From the NCBI GenBank assembly GCA_951406725.2, contig OX597830.1, positions 70,680,001 to 70,744,000 of the forward strand: a DNA stretch of 64,000 nt. Direction: 5' to 3'. The notes beneath the pieces are model-generated. The model searched no databases and was not told where the DNA came from. It was given only the letters and a program-made list of their open reading frames with translations. Positions 1-22,579 of the stretch are shown here, piece by piece. Made by a program: the position numbers and the translations under genes. Positions within the stretch are counted from its first letter, which is position 1. Each line of letters starts with the position of its first letter. This DNA is from Octopus vulgaris. Lineage: Eukaryota.

Positions 1-690
1 TGAATTTATTGTTCAGTAGAAATGAAATCAATCTTAAAAGTCTTTTCAAATCGAATATATCATCGTTACAATAAATCTAAATATTTATCGTAATATTTGC
101 AAAATGCCTAATGGGCGTAATCCAGTCCATCTTTGTAATATATGATTAAACAAATAAAAAGGTTTTCTTTGTTCCTCTTTTTAACGCCATAAATTAGATT
201 TTTTATTGAAATATTTCAAAATACTTGGCGAATGAACATCGGAGACTTGTGTGTCACAAGGTTACTCGCTTGAAACAACTCAAAAGCCTTTTCTTTTGTT
301 ATGTGTATCTCGTGCTTCGAATAATAAGTATTAGATTGGTTGAATCACTGCTTTTCTTTTTTAGGAATCAGCAAAACCTGAAACTTAAAGTCACAGATTT
401 TGAAGTTTCGACGTGTATGTGTAGACATTATCGATCCATTATTTTCTGGAAGCCCCTATCCAGCTGCTTGTAGTTATTTTCTGTATTTTAGATTATTTTA
501 GAAAACAAATTAATATAAAATGGATGGCGCCCGTCTCTACGTTCTGCATTCAAATCCCGCCGAGATCAACTTTGCCTCTCATCCTTTTGGGGTTGATTAA
601 ATACATATCTGTTGAACACTGGAGTAATTTTAATCGACTTACCCCACGCCTAAACGTTGCTGGCCCTGTGCCAAAATTTGAAACCGGGTA

Positions 691-1107
691 AAGGTGGTGA
701 GCTGGCAGAAACGTTAGCACGCCGGGTGAAATGCTTAGCGGTATTTCGTCTGCCGCTACGTTCTGAGTTCAAATTCCGTCGAGGTCGACTTTGCCTTTCA
801 TCCTTTCGGGGTCGATAAATTAAATACCAGTTACGCACTGGGGTCGATGTAAACGACTTAATCCGTTTTTCTGTCCTAGTTTACCCCCTCTATGTTTAGC
901 CCCTTGTGGGTAGTAATGAAATAGGTATTTCTTCTGTTTTTACGTTCTGAGTTCAAATTCCACCGAGGTCGACTTTGCCTTTCATCCTTTCGGGGTCGAT
1001 AAATTAAATACCAGTTACGCACTGGAGTCGATTTAATCGACTTAATCCGTTTGTCTGTCCTTGTTTGTCCCCTCTATGTTAAGCCCCTTGTGGGCAATAA
1101 AGAAATA
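691..1107 (+). mobile_element. tRNA-derived SINE family A (Meta-domain type), internally dimeric
   Basis: Head ggtgagctggcagaaacgttagc with B-box-like gagttcaaattcc. Core gcctttcatcctttcggggtcgataaa occurs twice. Many other copies are present in the window. Confidence 0.85.
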
Positions 1108-1139
1108 AAATTTGAAACCGATATAAAGTCGAAAGCAGA

Positions 1140-1730
1140 TCTATGACTAGTGCAGGCCTTCCAAAATGGTTACGGCTGGCGTTCATTTTGAACGTATGTA
1201 GGTCAATGTCTGCGGTGGAATCGTAAGGGGTAAGAGAAGTAATTACAGAGGATATTGCAATTCTGAGTGTAGGGGATCCAGAAAACTGTTTCTGAGACGA
1301 TACACAGCGCGTGTGATAGAAGGAATATAGGTGAATGAGTTGGGTAGGCTTGGAAGGAGAGCAGAGAGGTGGATACCTGTGGGAGTGTTTAAACACTTAG
1401 CGAGGAGTGGATTAGCACAAGCGTGTGGTAAGTATTCACTAGAAAGAAAAGGCGAACAATAATAGAATTGTTTGGGCATTTAATGAGTGGGCGTACAGTT
1501 GTGGTAGAGGTGAGAGGAGATGGTTGATAGAGAAGAATGAGTACATAAATCTAAAGGGTGGATATTAGATAAATTTAGTGAAAGAATATATGAGTGTGGA
1601 ACGTTATGCAATTAGGGAAATGTAGGTTTAGCGATGGCGTCCACGTGGATAGATGCCTGTTCAGGTACTTCAAAATATAAAGGGGACATAATGTATGCAG
1701 CTATAAAGTGTAAGAATGGTCGCAGGTGTG
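1140..1730 (-). pseudogene. Decayed CR1/L2/Jockey-like LINE ORF2 C-terminal fragment
   Basis: Minus-strand peptides YRLRNSFLDP and TADIDLHTFKMN resemble the SFF..W..LP...FP...L..FK terminus of these LINEs. Heavily frameshifted. Confidence 0.4.
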
Positions 1731-2112
1731 GCTCAGTGCTTAAGTAGTCTGATTCACCATCACCTTTTTTTATCGTTTTTTTGACATTTTTTTTCATGGT
1801 TTACTTATTTTTCAGGCTTTGGAGTACGGCCATGGTGTAGCATCTCCTTAAAAGGGTTTGGTGGAACAAATCGACCCCAATATTATTTTGTTTAACCTCT
1901 TGTACTTATTCTATCGATTTCATTTGCTGAACCGCTAATTCTCAGCGGCGTAAACAAACCAACATCGGGTGTCATGCGATGGTGGTTCTCATACACACAC
2001 AGCACACACACACACACACACACACAACCACTCACCATTACACACACGCACATACACACAAACACACACGGGTGTGTGCTTGTGCGCTTGTGTATGTGTA
2101 CATATGCGACGC

Positions 2113-2531
2113 GGATCTTTTCGGTTTGAACGGCAGTTTTTTCTAGCAGTGTCATATGAAATTGTCACCCATAATTATGACCCTAGTATCGATCTATTGC
2201 ATTTCAACCTGTTTTAGGGTTAGGGTTAGGGGTGGGGGGAAGGGTATCTTTTTTCTTCAGAAATGTAAATAAACCCAATCTGTTTCTTAAACGAGGGACA
2301 TATTCATACGGCACAGAATGTTATTTACCTCAATGGACGTCAGTGATTGGTTGAAATTGCAGAAATTGAAGAAGAAAAAAACAACAAATATCTTACAAAC
2401 TATAGAATTTTCTCAATATAATGTCAAGAGAAAAAGATGTTTTATAAACACATTCTACCAGTATACGAAGTTTAAAATTTTTAGTTACCTAGAAATTATG
2501 TTAAAAACTGCCGTTCAAACCGAAAAGATCC
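2113..2531. mobile_element. MITE, Merlin-like (GG-terminal TIRs, 8-bp TSD), with internal (TTAGGG)3
   Basis: Perfect 29-bp TIRs ggatcttttcggtttgaacggcagttttt / aaaaactgccgttcaaaccgaaaagatcc. Flanks tgcgacgc / tacgacgc. Duplicate at 12457-12877. Confidence 0.85.
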
Positions 2532-2659
2532 TACGACGCTACAGATTTTATTTACCAAATTCATTCACAAGGTGGGACACTGAACCTCAAACGAAAATAG
2601 TTGCAAAGCGAGCTTCATAGCCACAAAAGCTATGCCAGTGCCTATAAAGCTAAATGTTT

Positions 2660-2776
2660 CCTTACAGCACCTAGGTTCCCTAAGCGAGCACCCATGTAGG
2701 CATTAACTAGGCTCGACGCTGCTTAACGTCGGAGATGGAACGAAAACCGGTCTTTTCCACATGATCTAGTCGTAGG
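2660..2776 (-). pseudogene. Degenerate 5S rRNA pseudogene or 5S-derived sequence
   Basis: Reverse complement cctacgactagatc...ttaagcagcgtcgagcctagttaatgcctacatgggtgctcgcttagggaacctaggtgctgtaag aligns end to end with metazoan 5S rRNA. Duplicate at 13007-13122. Confidence 0.85.
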
Positions 2777-2779
2777 AGG

Positions 2780-3238
2780 AATTACCAACGTGTTTCGTGG
2801 TCTGCTACAACAGCTCCTTTATAGGATCCAGTTAGCTCAAGACATCATCAGGAAGAACCATGTCCGATTTCGGCCCCTACTCCTCTACCGTTTTGACGTG
2901 CCCCCCCCCCTTTCGGAGGTATCTTCAGCTCTGGTGTTGGGTGCATGTCTTTTTCTTCTTCTTTCTTCTGTTCCTTGGCCTCTTTCTGGATTCACATTCA
3001 ATCTCACAGTGCGATATCTCGTGTATCATAGCTCGAGTGGACGAATAACTTTCAAGGGAATGTTTTTGTAGACGCACCCTATCGAAGAAACCATTCCTTT
3101 TCTTGAATGTTATTTTTAATCCGTTGCTTGGTTCTGTACCATCGTGGACTTTCGGTGCCTCAGCCGAAGGAATCTACACCGTTGTCTTTTATATTTTACA
3201 TGTCTCAATCCAGGGTTGTGACCTTTAAAATTTGTCAT
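2780..3238 (-). mobile_element. Penelope-like/retrozyme fragment with degenerate type I hammerhead (2786-2855)
   Basis: Minus strand: CTGATGA, long stem II (GTCT/AGAC, GCTA/TAGC, TCCT/AGGA), GAAA-CACG-TT. Stem I is poor. Abuts (TA)n at 3246. Duplicate at ~13126-13580. Confidence 0.55.
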
Positions 3239-3242
3239 ATAC

Positions 3243-3331
<89 letters not shown>

Positions 3332-3358
3332 CAGTAACGACTAGTCATACACACAAAT

Positions 3359-3447
<89 letters not shown>

Positions 3448-3766
3448 TGTGTTTGTGGCTATCAGGGTGTGTTTATGTGTGCGACGTAAGGAACCCAGTA
3501 ACTAAGAAGATAGGAGCGTGTTCTGAAATCAGAGTGCGTTTCTATATCCATGTGTGTGTATTTGTGTGCCCATGTATGTAGATTCAGGCGTGCGTTCATC
3601 ACAATCATTCTCAAATGCAATGCATACACAGATGAACAGAAATATATATACATGCATGTTTCCATATAGAAATGAGGACTTACTTGTGTATGCATACATC
3701 CAAATATCTCTGAAATTTTCTGTGTACATCTCCATATCTACAAATGTAAGAAAAAAAAAATAAATG

Positions 3767-4012
3767 CGCCCTTTTTAAAGCCTAGCCATGATCATGGACC
3801 CGGTTTCCCGGTTTCTATGGCGTATGTGTTCCTCAGATGGACGGGACGCCAGTCCATCGCAGCGTTACTTATTTTTGCCAGCTGAGTGGACTGGAGCAAC
3901 ATGAAATGAAGTGTTTTGCTCAAGAACACAATGCGATGCCCGGTCCAGGAATCGAAACCACAATCTTACGATCATGATGCTGACACCCTAACCACTAAGC
4001 CATGCGCCTCCA
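3767..4012 (-). mobile_element. tRNA-derived SINE family C
   Basis: Reverse complement of the head gtggaggcgcatggcttagtggttagggtgtcagc...tttcgattcc. Same family as 56521-56768. Confidence 0.85.
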
Positions 4013-4135
4013 CATCTACAAATGTATTTGTCCATATACACATACACATATATATATACACACATGCAATACATCTGTATGTATACCTATATGTATACAC
4101 GCATTATGTATGTATATATGTATGCATATGATGTG

Positions 4136-4177
<42 letters not shown>

Positions 4178-4411
4178 ATATATATATACACTCACATACA
4201 TACACACACTCACAGACACACACACACAAACACAAACACACACATAGCTGTGGGTGTATGTGCATGTATGTGTGTATTATATGCCTGCGTATATAAGTGG
4301 GTGAATGAACAAAAGTCTTGTGTGTGTTTGTACTATATGTGCACGTGAGACAATAAGTGTGTCTCTCTGTCTCTACATATATAAGCATATATATATATGT
4401 ATGCATGCATC

Positions 4412-4445
<34 letters not shown>

Positions 4446-4580
4446 TGTATGTATGTATGTATGCATTTGTGTTTGTGTGTGTATGTGTATGTTTGTATAT
4501 AGATGCGTGTGTATACGTATGTGTGTGTATGTGTGTATGTGCATGCGTGTGTATGTATGTGTGTGTGTGTGTGTGTGTAT

Positions 4581-4624
<44 letters not shown>

Positions 4625-5305
4625 ATCTGAATTGATAAATAGAGTTGCGATAATGAAATGTGCGTCGGCGGGGGCGACAGCCATGTCCGAGAGCGCTATT
4701 AATGTCAAAAGTAATACATAGTGTGTGCAAGAAACGCTAATTCAATGTAGAAGTCTTTTAATGGATGAGCAAATATATTGCTATTCCGGATTTGTTTCAA
4801 AGATACTGGCTTGCAGCAGTTGTCGGTGACGAGAACGAGGACAAGGCAATATGTTAGGTTTGTGGCTAGGATCCGTCGGGAGGACTGAAGTATAAACAAG
4901 AAAGGGAAAATTGAAAATTTAGATAAACGAATAAGAACGGAACGGAACGGAAAAGAACGAAGTAGGACAGAATGGAATTGAATAGATTTGAATAGAATTG
5001 AACAGAAAATCAGATCAGTGTTGAATAAAGTAGAGCAGAGTGAATTTTTGAAATTAAAAAAATTATGATAATCCTTCTTAATCTAAGCACAAAGCATGGA
5101 ATCTTGGAGAGAGGGTAAATCGAGTACATCGAGCCAGAGTTTAACTGGTACATATTCCATTGACCCCCGAAAGGACGAAAGGCGAAGTTGAATGCAAGTA
5201 TTGCATACACACACGCGCGCGCATGTGCTTATGAATAGATTTATATGCACATGTGTGTTCATGTATATATATATATATATATATATATAAATATGTATGC
5301 GTGTG

Positions 5306-5412
<107 letters not shown>

Positions 5413-5417
5413 CTAAA

Positions 5418-5732
5418 TGTGAAGGCGCGTGGCTTAGTGGTTAGGGCATTCGGCTCACGATTGTAAGGTCGTGAGTTCGATTCCCGGCGACGCTTTCTGT
5501 GCTTGAGCAAGACACTTTATTTCACGTTGCTCCAGTTCACTCAGTTGCCAAAAATGAGTTGTACCTCTATTTCAAAGGGCCGGCCTCTGTGTCACGCTGA
5601 ATCTCCTGAGAACTACGTTAAGGGTTCACGTGTTTGTGGAAAGCTCCGCCACTTGCACGTTAATTTCACGAGCAGGCTGTTCCGTTGATCGTATTAGCTG
5701 GGACCTGCGTCGCCGTAACCGACGGAGTGCTC
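5418..5732 (+). mobile_element. tRNA-derived SINE family C variant
   Basis: A-box tggcttagtgg and B-box gagttcgattcc. Body shared with 35060-35437. Confidence 0.85.
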
Positions 5733-5765
5733 CTAAAATAACATATCTAAATAGACATACATATA

Positions 5766-6343
5766 AATTCTTTTCTACTCTAGGCGCAAGGCCCGAAATT
5801 TTGGGTGAGGGGGCTAGTCGATTAGATTGACCCCAGTACGCAACTGGTTCTTAGTTTATCGATCCCAAAAGGATGAAAGACAAAATCGACCTCAGCAGAA
5901 TTTGAACTCAGAACATAAAGACAGACAAAATACCTATTTCTTTACTACCCACAAGGGGCTAAACACAGAGAGGACAAACAAGGACAGACCAACAGATTAA
6001 GTCGATTATATCGACCCCAGTGCGTAACTAGTACTTATTTAATCGACCACGAATGGATGAAAGGCAAAGTCGACCTCGGCGGAATTTGAACTCAGAACGT
6101 AGCGGCAGACGAAATACTGCTGAGCATTTCGCCCGGCGTGCTAACGATTCTGCCAGCTCGCAGCCTTACACACATACATTTATATTCTTTTCTACTCTAG
6201 GCAGAAAGCCGGAAATTTGGAGGGAGGAGCCAGAAGATTAGAGCGACCCAGTCCGCAACTGGTACTTAAATTATTGACCCCGAAAGGATGAAAGGCAAAA
6301 TCGAACTGAGAACGTACGTAAAGACAGATGAAATACTGCTAAG
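5766..6343 (-). mobile_element. Cluster of SINE family A copies
   Basis: Repeated gaaaggatgaaaggcaaagtcgacctcggcggaatttgaactcagaac. Confidence 0.8.
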
Positions 6344-6943
6344 ATGATGATGACGACGACGATGATGATGGTGATGGTGATGATTATGATGATGACGAGG
6401 ATGATGTGATGGTGGTGGTGGTGGTGGTAATGACGGTGGCGATGGCGGTGATGGTGGTGGTGATGGTGGTATTGGTCATTGTAGTAATGATGTCGATGAT
6501 AACAACCGCTACAACTTTGGTGGTGATGATGACGATGGTGATGACGATGGTGATAACGATGGTGATGATGATGACGATGCTGATGAAGCTAAAGAAGAAG
6601 AACGAGCTAAAGAAGCAATGATCTAATGAAAGAAAAACAAAAAAGAAAAAAGACTGAAGAATAAAGGGAAGGAGAAGATTAAAAACAGTGAATTCTCAGA
6701 AATTCAGAGATAGGGTAGGATGTGAAATGAAGAGCAAGGACATGAACAGAGATGAGAGAGAGAGAGAAGGAGAGAGGGGGTAGAGAGTTTTGACAATAAA
6801 GATTGCGGAGAAAATAAATAAACGTAAAATCAAAATGTAAGAACGTAAATGTTACCGGTGGCAGACCAGAGTGACACCAGCCCAACACGCATACATACAC
6901 ACACACACAGACAAATATATACATATACACGTACACACAAATT

Positions 6944-6988
<45 letters not shown>

Positions 6989-7127
6989 CCATATACATGA
7001 ATATGAGGCGTGTCTGTTGTGGCTACGTGTACTAGATGCGTAATGCATACCCACAGAAAATGGTAAATTCATCGTAAAATATATTAATTTCAATCTCATT
7101 CAATAATATAATCATACATTATAATAT

Positions 7128-7465
7128 ATTTCTTTATTGCTCACAAGGGGCTAAACACAGAGAGGACAAACAAGGGCAGTCAAAGGGATTAAGTCGATCA
7201 TATCGACCCCAGTGCGAAACTGGTACTTTATTTATCGACCCCGAAAGGATGAAAGGCAAAGTCGACCTCGGCGGAATTTGAACTCAGAACGTAACGGCAG
7301 ACGAAATACTTATTTCTTTACTACGCACAAGGGGCTAAACACAGAGAGGACAAACAAGGACAGACAAAGGGATTAAGTCGATTATATCGACCCCAGTGCG
7401 AAACTGGTACTTTATTTATCGACCCCGAAAGGATGAAAGGCAAAGTCGACCTCGGCAGAATTTGA
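7128..7465 (-). mobile_element. SINE family A, dimeric
   Basis: Two tandem cores of the family A consensus. Confidence 0.8.
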
Positions 7466-8124
7466 ATGTTTCTTAACCCAGGGTAAGATTTTGGTTTTAT
7501 CATTTTGAGCCGGAAACAAAGAGATAATCCATGCAGTGGAAACACCCCTCCTCACTAAGCTAAAATTGTCTCATCTGCAGGAAAGGTGATGACTTCAGTA
7601 TTTTGGGATGCATAAGTCATTGCATTCAAAAGGGTCACACCATCAATGGAGAGTACTATGTTAACATGCTGAGGCAGTTACGAAAGGCTATCAAGACTAA
7701 ACGACCTGAAAATCTGACGAAACGGGTCTTGTTTCATCAGGCAATACTCAAGCACAAAATTATTTGGTTTCAATGGCTGCTGTGAGTGACATTTTAAACT
7801 GGTCGATCACCCTCCCTATTCTCCTGTTTTGGCTCCATCTGACTATCATCGGTTCCTTGGCTCTATCTGACTATTATCGGTTCCTTAACTTAAAAACATG
7901 CATAACTGGGACCTGGTATCTCAGTGATGATGACGTCATAATCGCTGTTGATGATATTTTTGGTCAACAGAATGAAATCTTCTTCACCAATAGGATCCAA
8001 GTACTGCAACACCGATCGAAGAATTGTGTGCACTCTAAAGGGGACAATGTTGGAAAATAAATCTCATTTGGTCACATACTATGAGAGTATCTTGGTTAGC
8101 CTATTACCTTTTCAGTCGACCCTC

Positions 8125-8127
<3 letters not shown>
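7466..8127 (+). pseudogene. Decayed mariner (DD34D) transposase fragment with right TIR
   Basis: Peptides HFEPETKR*SMQW, SSAGKVMTSVFWD, GHTINGEYY..LRKAIKTKRP, HPPYSPVLAPSDY. Ends cttttcagtcgaccctcg-TA. Duplicate at ~17798-18459. Confidence 0.9.
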
Positions 8128-8164
<37 letters not shown>

Positions 8165-8311
8165 GTCTGTGTGTGTGTGTGTGTCTGCATTTATAGTTGA
8201 CGTTATAAGCAGCCTTCCATTTTGACCATACAAAGGCGTTTTACATCTTATTATCTATAGCACTTATGTGCTTGGAGCTCGAATTCCAAATATATGTGTA
8301 TACATACCTGC

Positions 8312-8470
<159 letters not shown>

Positions 8471-9251
8471 TGTTTCTTTATTAGCCACACAGGGCTGCAC
8501 ACAGATAGAACAAATTACAAGGTAGAGCTTTTCTTTTGAGGTTTAAGAAAAAAAAAAAAAAAAAAGGAAGGGGGAGTTTCGATCAAAAGGGATCGTAAAA
8601 GGAGAGAAAGAGGACAAAAAAAGGGGGTTTAAAAAAAGGGGGTGGAAAAAAAATTGATCAATAGGGATCGTTATCACAGAAATGTCAATATGAAGTGTAA
8701 AGGGGAGGACAGGTGAGGTTTACCCGTGCAAAGAAAAGCCTACGGAAAAGACCACGGTAACCTCGGTCAATGATGTCACATTTTATATTTCTTTTTTTTT
8801 TTTTTGCAAATAAGCAACTCTCTGTTTTCGATTTCTGGGTTCATAGGACTATGCTCAAGGTGGCTTCGTCATTCATACGTGCCATTCTTGCTACATTCAC
8901 CCATCTTTTTTTAAAACATTCGCTAGACAAAACTTGCCTCTCTACTCTCACTTTCCTTTTCAAGTGGTACTTGAAGAAGTTGATGAGAGATTGACCAGAG
9001 AGGAAAGTGTTTGTCTCCAATCCTTTCAGACGCGTCCACCAGATACATTCTTTCGCCATAGCCACAAGGATGATGAAAATAGCTCTTCCTTCCCGTTTGA
9101 AGGAAGGAGGCGTGACAATATTGACGATAGACTCAGCTGATAAACCGACTCGTCCCACACGTGACAGCAGTTGTTCGACATAAGCCCACAGGTCGGAAAT
9201 TGTTGGACACTGAACGAGTGCGTGCAGAACGGTTTCGTCGCTCTGACCGCA
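8471..9251 (-). mobile_element. 5'-truncated Tx1/L1-clade LINE (end of ORF2 plus 3' UTR) within (GATA)n
   Basis: Minus ORF CGQSDETVLHALVQCP...KRKVRVER..F.KRW (part of a CCHC zinc knuckle). The 3' UTR ends AATAAAGAAACA-(TATC)n and the 5' junction is also (GATA)5. Duplicate at 18801-19582. Confidence 0.9.
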
Positions 9252-9274
9252 GATAGATAGATAGATAGATATGA

Positions 9275-9828
9275 GAGGAGTACATTGATGCAAGCTCCTT
9301 CTTAGCACTAGTGGTAACATGTAATCCAGTAGAACCACTTCACTTGATAAAGACTATATTATTTCTTCGTTGATCTGCATGATGGACAAAATCTGTAAAG
9401 AGTGAATGAACCCAGCAGAGTCAACGGCCATCTAACTGCTGGGAGTGAAAGAGTTTGTTTAGACATCTTTCTAGGAGAGTAAAAACTGACGTAACACCTA
9501 CGACTACTTCCATCCGATGATGTAGACTAGTTCTTTGGGGACAAATGCTTAGTATTGTTCAGAGTGAGGACTTGGCCTTGTGCAAAGTCTTTTCTCTCTT
9601 TCAATTGCTTCAAGTTTTTTCGTCGCTTGACATATAATATCTCTCTCTTGTTTTTGTATACTTCGAAAATAAATCACATGATTGAATGAAGATATGTGCC
9701 AGCGTGGGTGCTAAATATCTGAATCTAACTGAAAGAGGCGTCCCTTTTTCCCACATCTATGGAAAATTGTGTAGGTCTCTAGTTGGACCTATACACTTTA
9801 AGAGAACATTTAGTGCTGGTATTATTCT
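9275..9828 (-). pseudogene. Decayed RTE-clade LINE RT fragment
   Basis: Minus peptides IIPALNVLLKCIGP..LHNFP*MWEKGTP..FRY and YKNKRER resemble RTE GIPAE.LK.GG..LH.LF..IW....P.DF...YK.KGDR. Continues to ~20190 in the duplicate copy. Confidence 0.5.
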
Positions 9829-9928
9829 NNNNNNNNNNNNNNNNNNNNNNNNNNNNNNNNNNNNNNNNNNNNNNNNNNNNNNNNNNNNNNNNNNNNNNNN
9901 NNNNNNNNNNNNNNNNNNNNNNNNNNNN
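9829..9928. other. Scaffold gap (100 N)
   Basis: Run of exactly 100 N. Confidence 1.
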
Positions 9929-10039
9929 TGTTCAAAGCCTCCCTGGACCTCAAGTGGCCTGAACTCTTTACATGAACACCACCCTGTACTTAACTCCATG
10001 TCCCCCTACATGGCCTTGCTATTTGCTTTTGAGCCAAAT

Positions 10040-10082
<43 letters not shown>

Positions 10083-10343
10083 TTTATTTGCAGCTAAAAC
10101 AGTTTCGAAAGATAAAATGGAGCTGACTACAAACAATTTGAAGAAAAGTTATGAACAACATTCATATAGTTATAGAAATCCTTTTGTATCATTGGATCCA
10201 AATTTATTTAACTGCATCGCATCGTTTCGCTTCCTTAGAACTTTATAATACTCATAAAAGCAAAATCAATTAGAGGATATCACAACTTATCAAACCTTAT
10301 AATAAGGATGACGATGGATGTAATTTTTGTAATACGGAAACAA

Positions 10344-20159
<9,816 letters not shown>

Positions 20160-20195
20160 AAATTGAGTCCTTGACATCACGCGCACTCACACACT

Positions 20196-20258
20196 AGAAA
20201 AGCTCTACCTTGTAATTTGTCCCATCTGTGTGCAGCCCTGTGTGGCCAATAAAGAAAT

Positions 20259-20260
<2 letters not shown>
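20196..20260 (+). mobile_element. Very short 3'-terminal Tx1-like copy followed by (TATC)n tail
   Basis: agaaaagctctaccttgtaatttgtcccatctgtgtgcagccctgtgtggccaataaagaaa matches the 3' end of the Tx1 copies. (TATC)n follows at 20260-20427. Confidence 0.85.
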
Positions 20261-20342
<82 letters not shown>

Positions 20343-20348
20343 CGATCG

Positions 20349-20427
<79 letters not shown>

Positions 20428-20582
20428 CGTCTGTCTGTTCGTCAGACTGTCAGTCTGTCTGTCAGTCTGTCTGTCTGTCTGTCTGACTGTCTATCTGTGT
20501 GTCTATCTGTCTGTGTATCTGTGTCTGACTGACTGTCTATTTGTTTGTCTGTCAATCGCAAACACAAACACACATAGATATA

Positions 20583-20637
<55 letters not shown>

Positions 20638-20821
20638 AAAGGGCTTAGTAAAATAAATTACTTTGCCGCATACTGAACTCATTAGAAATAGCAGCTAAAA
20701 AAAAACTTTTTTAAAACTATTTCCAATACTTAAAGAAAATCTCTCTCGTAAAGTGTTTGCTCAATTCAACTCACGAAAGTATGAGGGTAGAAACATTAAA
20801 AAATCAAATGCAAAGGTTATT

Positions 20822-20873
20822 TGAGAACGTACGTTTCAAGATTAGTCAAAAAGACATTTCTATCATCAGCTCA
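20822..20873 (-). ncRNA. Type I hammerhead ribozyme (unit 1)
   Basis: TGAG-CTGATGA-T-AGAAATGTCTTTTTGACTAATCT-T-GAAA-CGTACG-TT^CTCA. Stem I TGAG/CTCA, palindromic stem III. Confidence 0.75.
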
Positions 20874-21377
20874 GAACTCCCTGGTTTGGATTTGAAAACA
20901 CTGAAAGTAGGAGCATACCTTTTCGGCTTCCCATCGTCTCCGAAGATCTACTCGAAACTAACAGTGCCAGCAAATTCGAACATGCAAGCAAAGAATTTCT
21001 GCTCTTCCCCTTCCACCAGCGTGGGTTAAAATCAGCAAACAACATGCTTTTTTCGGTAAAATCCGAGGCATTAAATAGAGAGATATGAATTATAATTTCA
21101 ACAATTGAGGGTAAAATTAATTAATTAATCAATTTCACCAAGTATTCAGTATGCAAAGGGACCATTTAAGGCGAATTCAAATTATTACATTATATAAAAG
21201 GGCTTAGTAAAATAAATTACTTTGCCGCATACTGAACTCATTAGAAATAGCAGCTAAAAAAACTTTTTAAAACTATTTCCAATACTTAAAGAAAATCTCT
21301 CTCGTAAAGTGTTTGCTCAATTCAACTCACGAAAGTATGAGGGTAGAAACATTAAAAAATCAAATGCAAAGGTTATT

Positions 21378-21429
21378 TGAGAACGTACGTTTCAAGATTA
21401 GTCAAAAAGACATTTCTATCATCAGCTCA
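21378..21429 (-). ncRNA. Type I hammerhead ribozyme (unit 2)
   Basis: Identical to the unit 1 motif. Confidence 0.75.
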
Positions 21430-21935
21430 GAACTCCCTGGTTTGGATTTGAAAACACTGAAAGTAGGAGCATACCTTTTCGGCTTCCCATCGTCTCCGAA
21501 GATCTACTCGAAACTAACAGTGCCAGCAAATTCGAACATGCAAGCAAAGAATTTCTGCTCTTCCCCTTCCACCAGCGTGGGTTAAAATCAGCAAACAACA
21601 TGCTTTTTTTCGGTAAAATCCGAGGCATTAAATAGAGAGATATGAATTATAATTTCAACAATTGAGGGTAAAATTAATTAATTAATCAATTTCACCAAGT
21701 ATTCAGTATGCAAAGGGACCATTTAAGGCGAATTCAAATTATTACATTATATAAAAGGGCTTAGTAAAATAAATTACTTTGCCGCATACTGAACTCATTA
21801 GAAATAGCAGCTAAAAAAACTTTTTTAAAACTATTTCCAATACTTAAAGAAAATCTGTCTCGTAAAGTGTTTGCTCAATTCAACTCACGAAAGTATGAGG
21901 GTAGAAACATTAAAAAATCAAATGCAAAGGTTATT

Positions 21936-21987
21936 TGAGAACGTACGTTTCAAGATTAGTCAAAAAGACATTTCTATCATCAGCTCA
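21936..21987 (-). ncRNA. Type I hammerhead ribozyme (unit 3)
   Basis: Identical to the unit 1 motif. Confidence 0.75.
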
Positions 21988-22250
21988 GAACTCCCTGGTT
22001 TGGATTTGAAAACACTGAAAGTAGGAGCATACCTTCATATCTCTCTATTTAATGCCTCGGATTTTACCGAAAAAAAGCATGTTGTTTGCTGATTTTAACC
22101 CACGCTGGTGGAAGGGGAAGAGCAGAAATTCTTTGCTTGCATGTTCGAATTTGCTGGCACTGTTAGTTTCGAGTAGATCTTCGGAGACGATGGGAAGCCG
22201 AAAAGGTATGCTCCTACTTTCAGTGTTTTCAAATCCAAACCAGGGAGTTC

Positions 22251-22302
22251 TGAGCTGATGATAGAAATGTCTTTTTGACTAATCTTGAAACGTACGTTCT
22301 CA
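22251..22302 (+). ncRNA. Type I hammerhead ribozyme (inverted unit)
   Basis: CTGATGA 22255-22261, GAAA 22287-22290, CGTACG, predicted cleavage after 22298. Confidence 0.75.
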
Positions 22303-22579
22303 AATAACCTTTGCATTTGATTTTTTAATGTTTCTACCCTCATACTTTCGTGAGTTGAATTGAGCAAACACTTTACGAGACAGATTTTCTTTAAGTATTG
22401 GAAATAGTTTTAAAAAAGTTTTTTTAGCTGCTATTTCTAATGAGTTCAGTATGCGGCAAAGTAATTTATTTTACTAAGCCCTTTTATATAATGTAATAAT
22501 TTGAATTCGCCTTAAATGGTCCCTTTGCATACTGAATACTTGGTGAAATTGATTAATTAATTAATTTTACCCTCAATTG

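Noticed and set aside
2214-2231. TTAGGG repeats as a telomere or fusion site
   Set aside because: Only three units, internal to a MITE.
5418-5490. tRNA-like sequences (also 35060 and 56521)
   Set aside because: These are SINE heads continuing into shared SINE bodies, with no complete cloverleaf or terminator.
20631-22035. Tandem repeats as CRISPR or satellite
   Set aside because: No unique spacers, eukaryotic context, only 2.5 units, and the hammerhead plus inversion explain the structure better.
20757-22367. Four copies of a 90-aa ORF (MLNSTHESMRV...)
   Set aside because: TTG start, no recognisable domain, antisense to the hammerhead, and repeated only because the unit is repeated.
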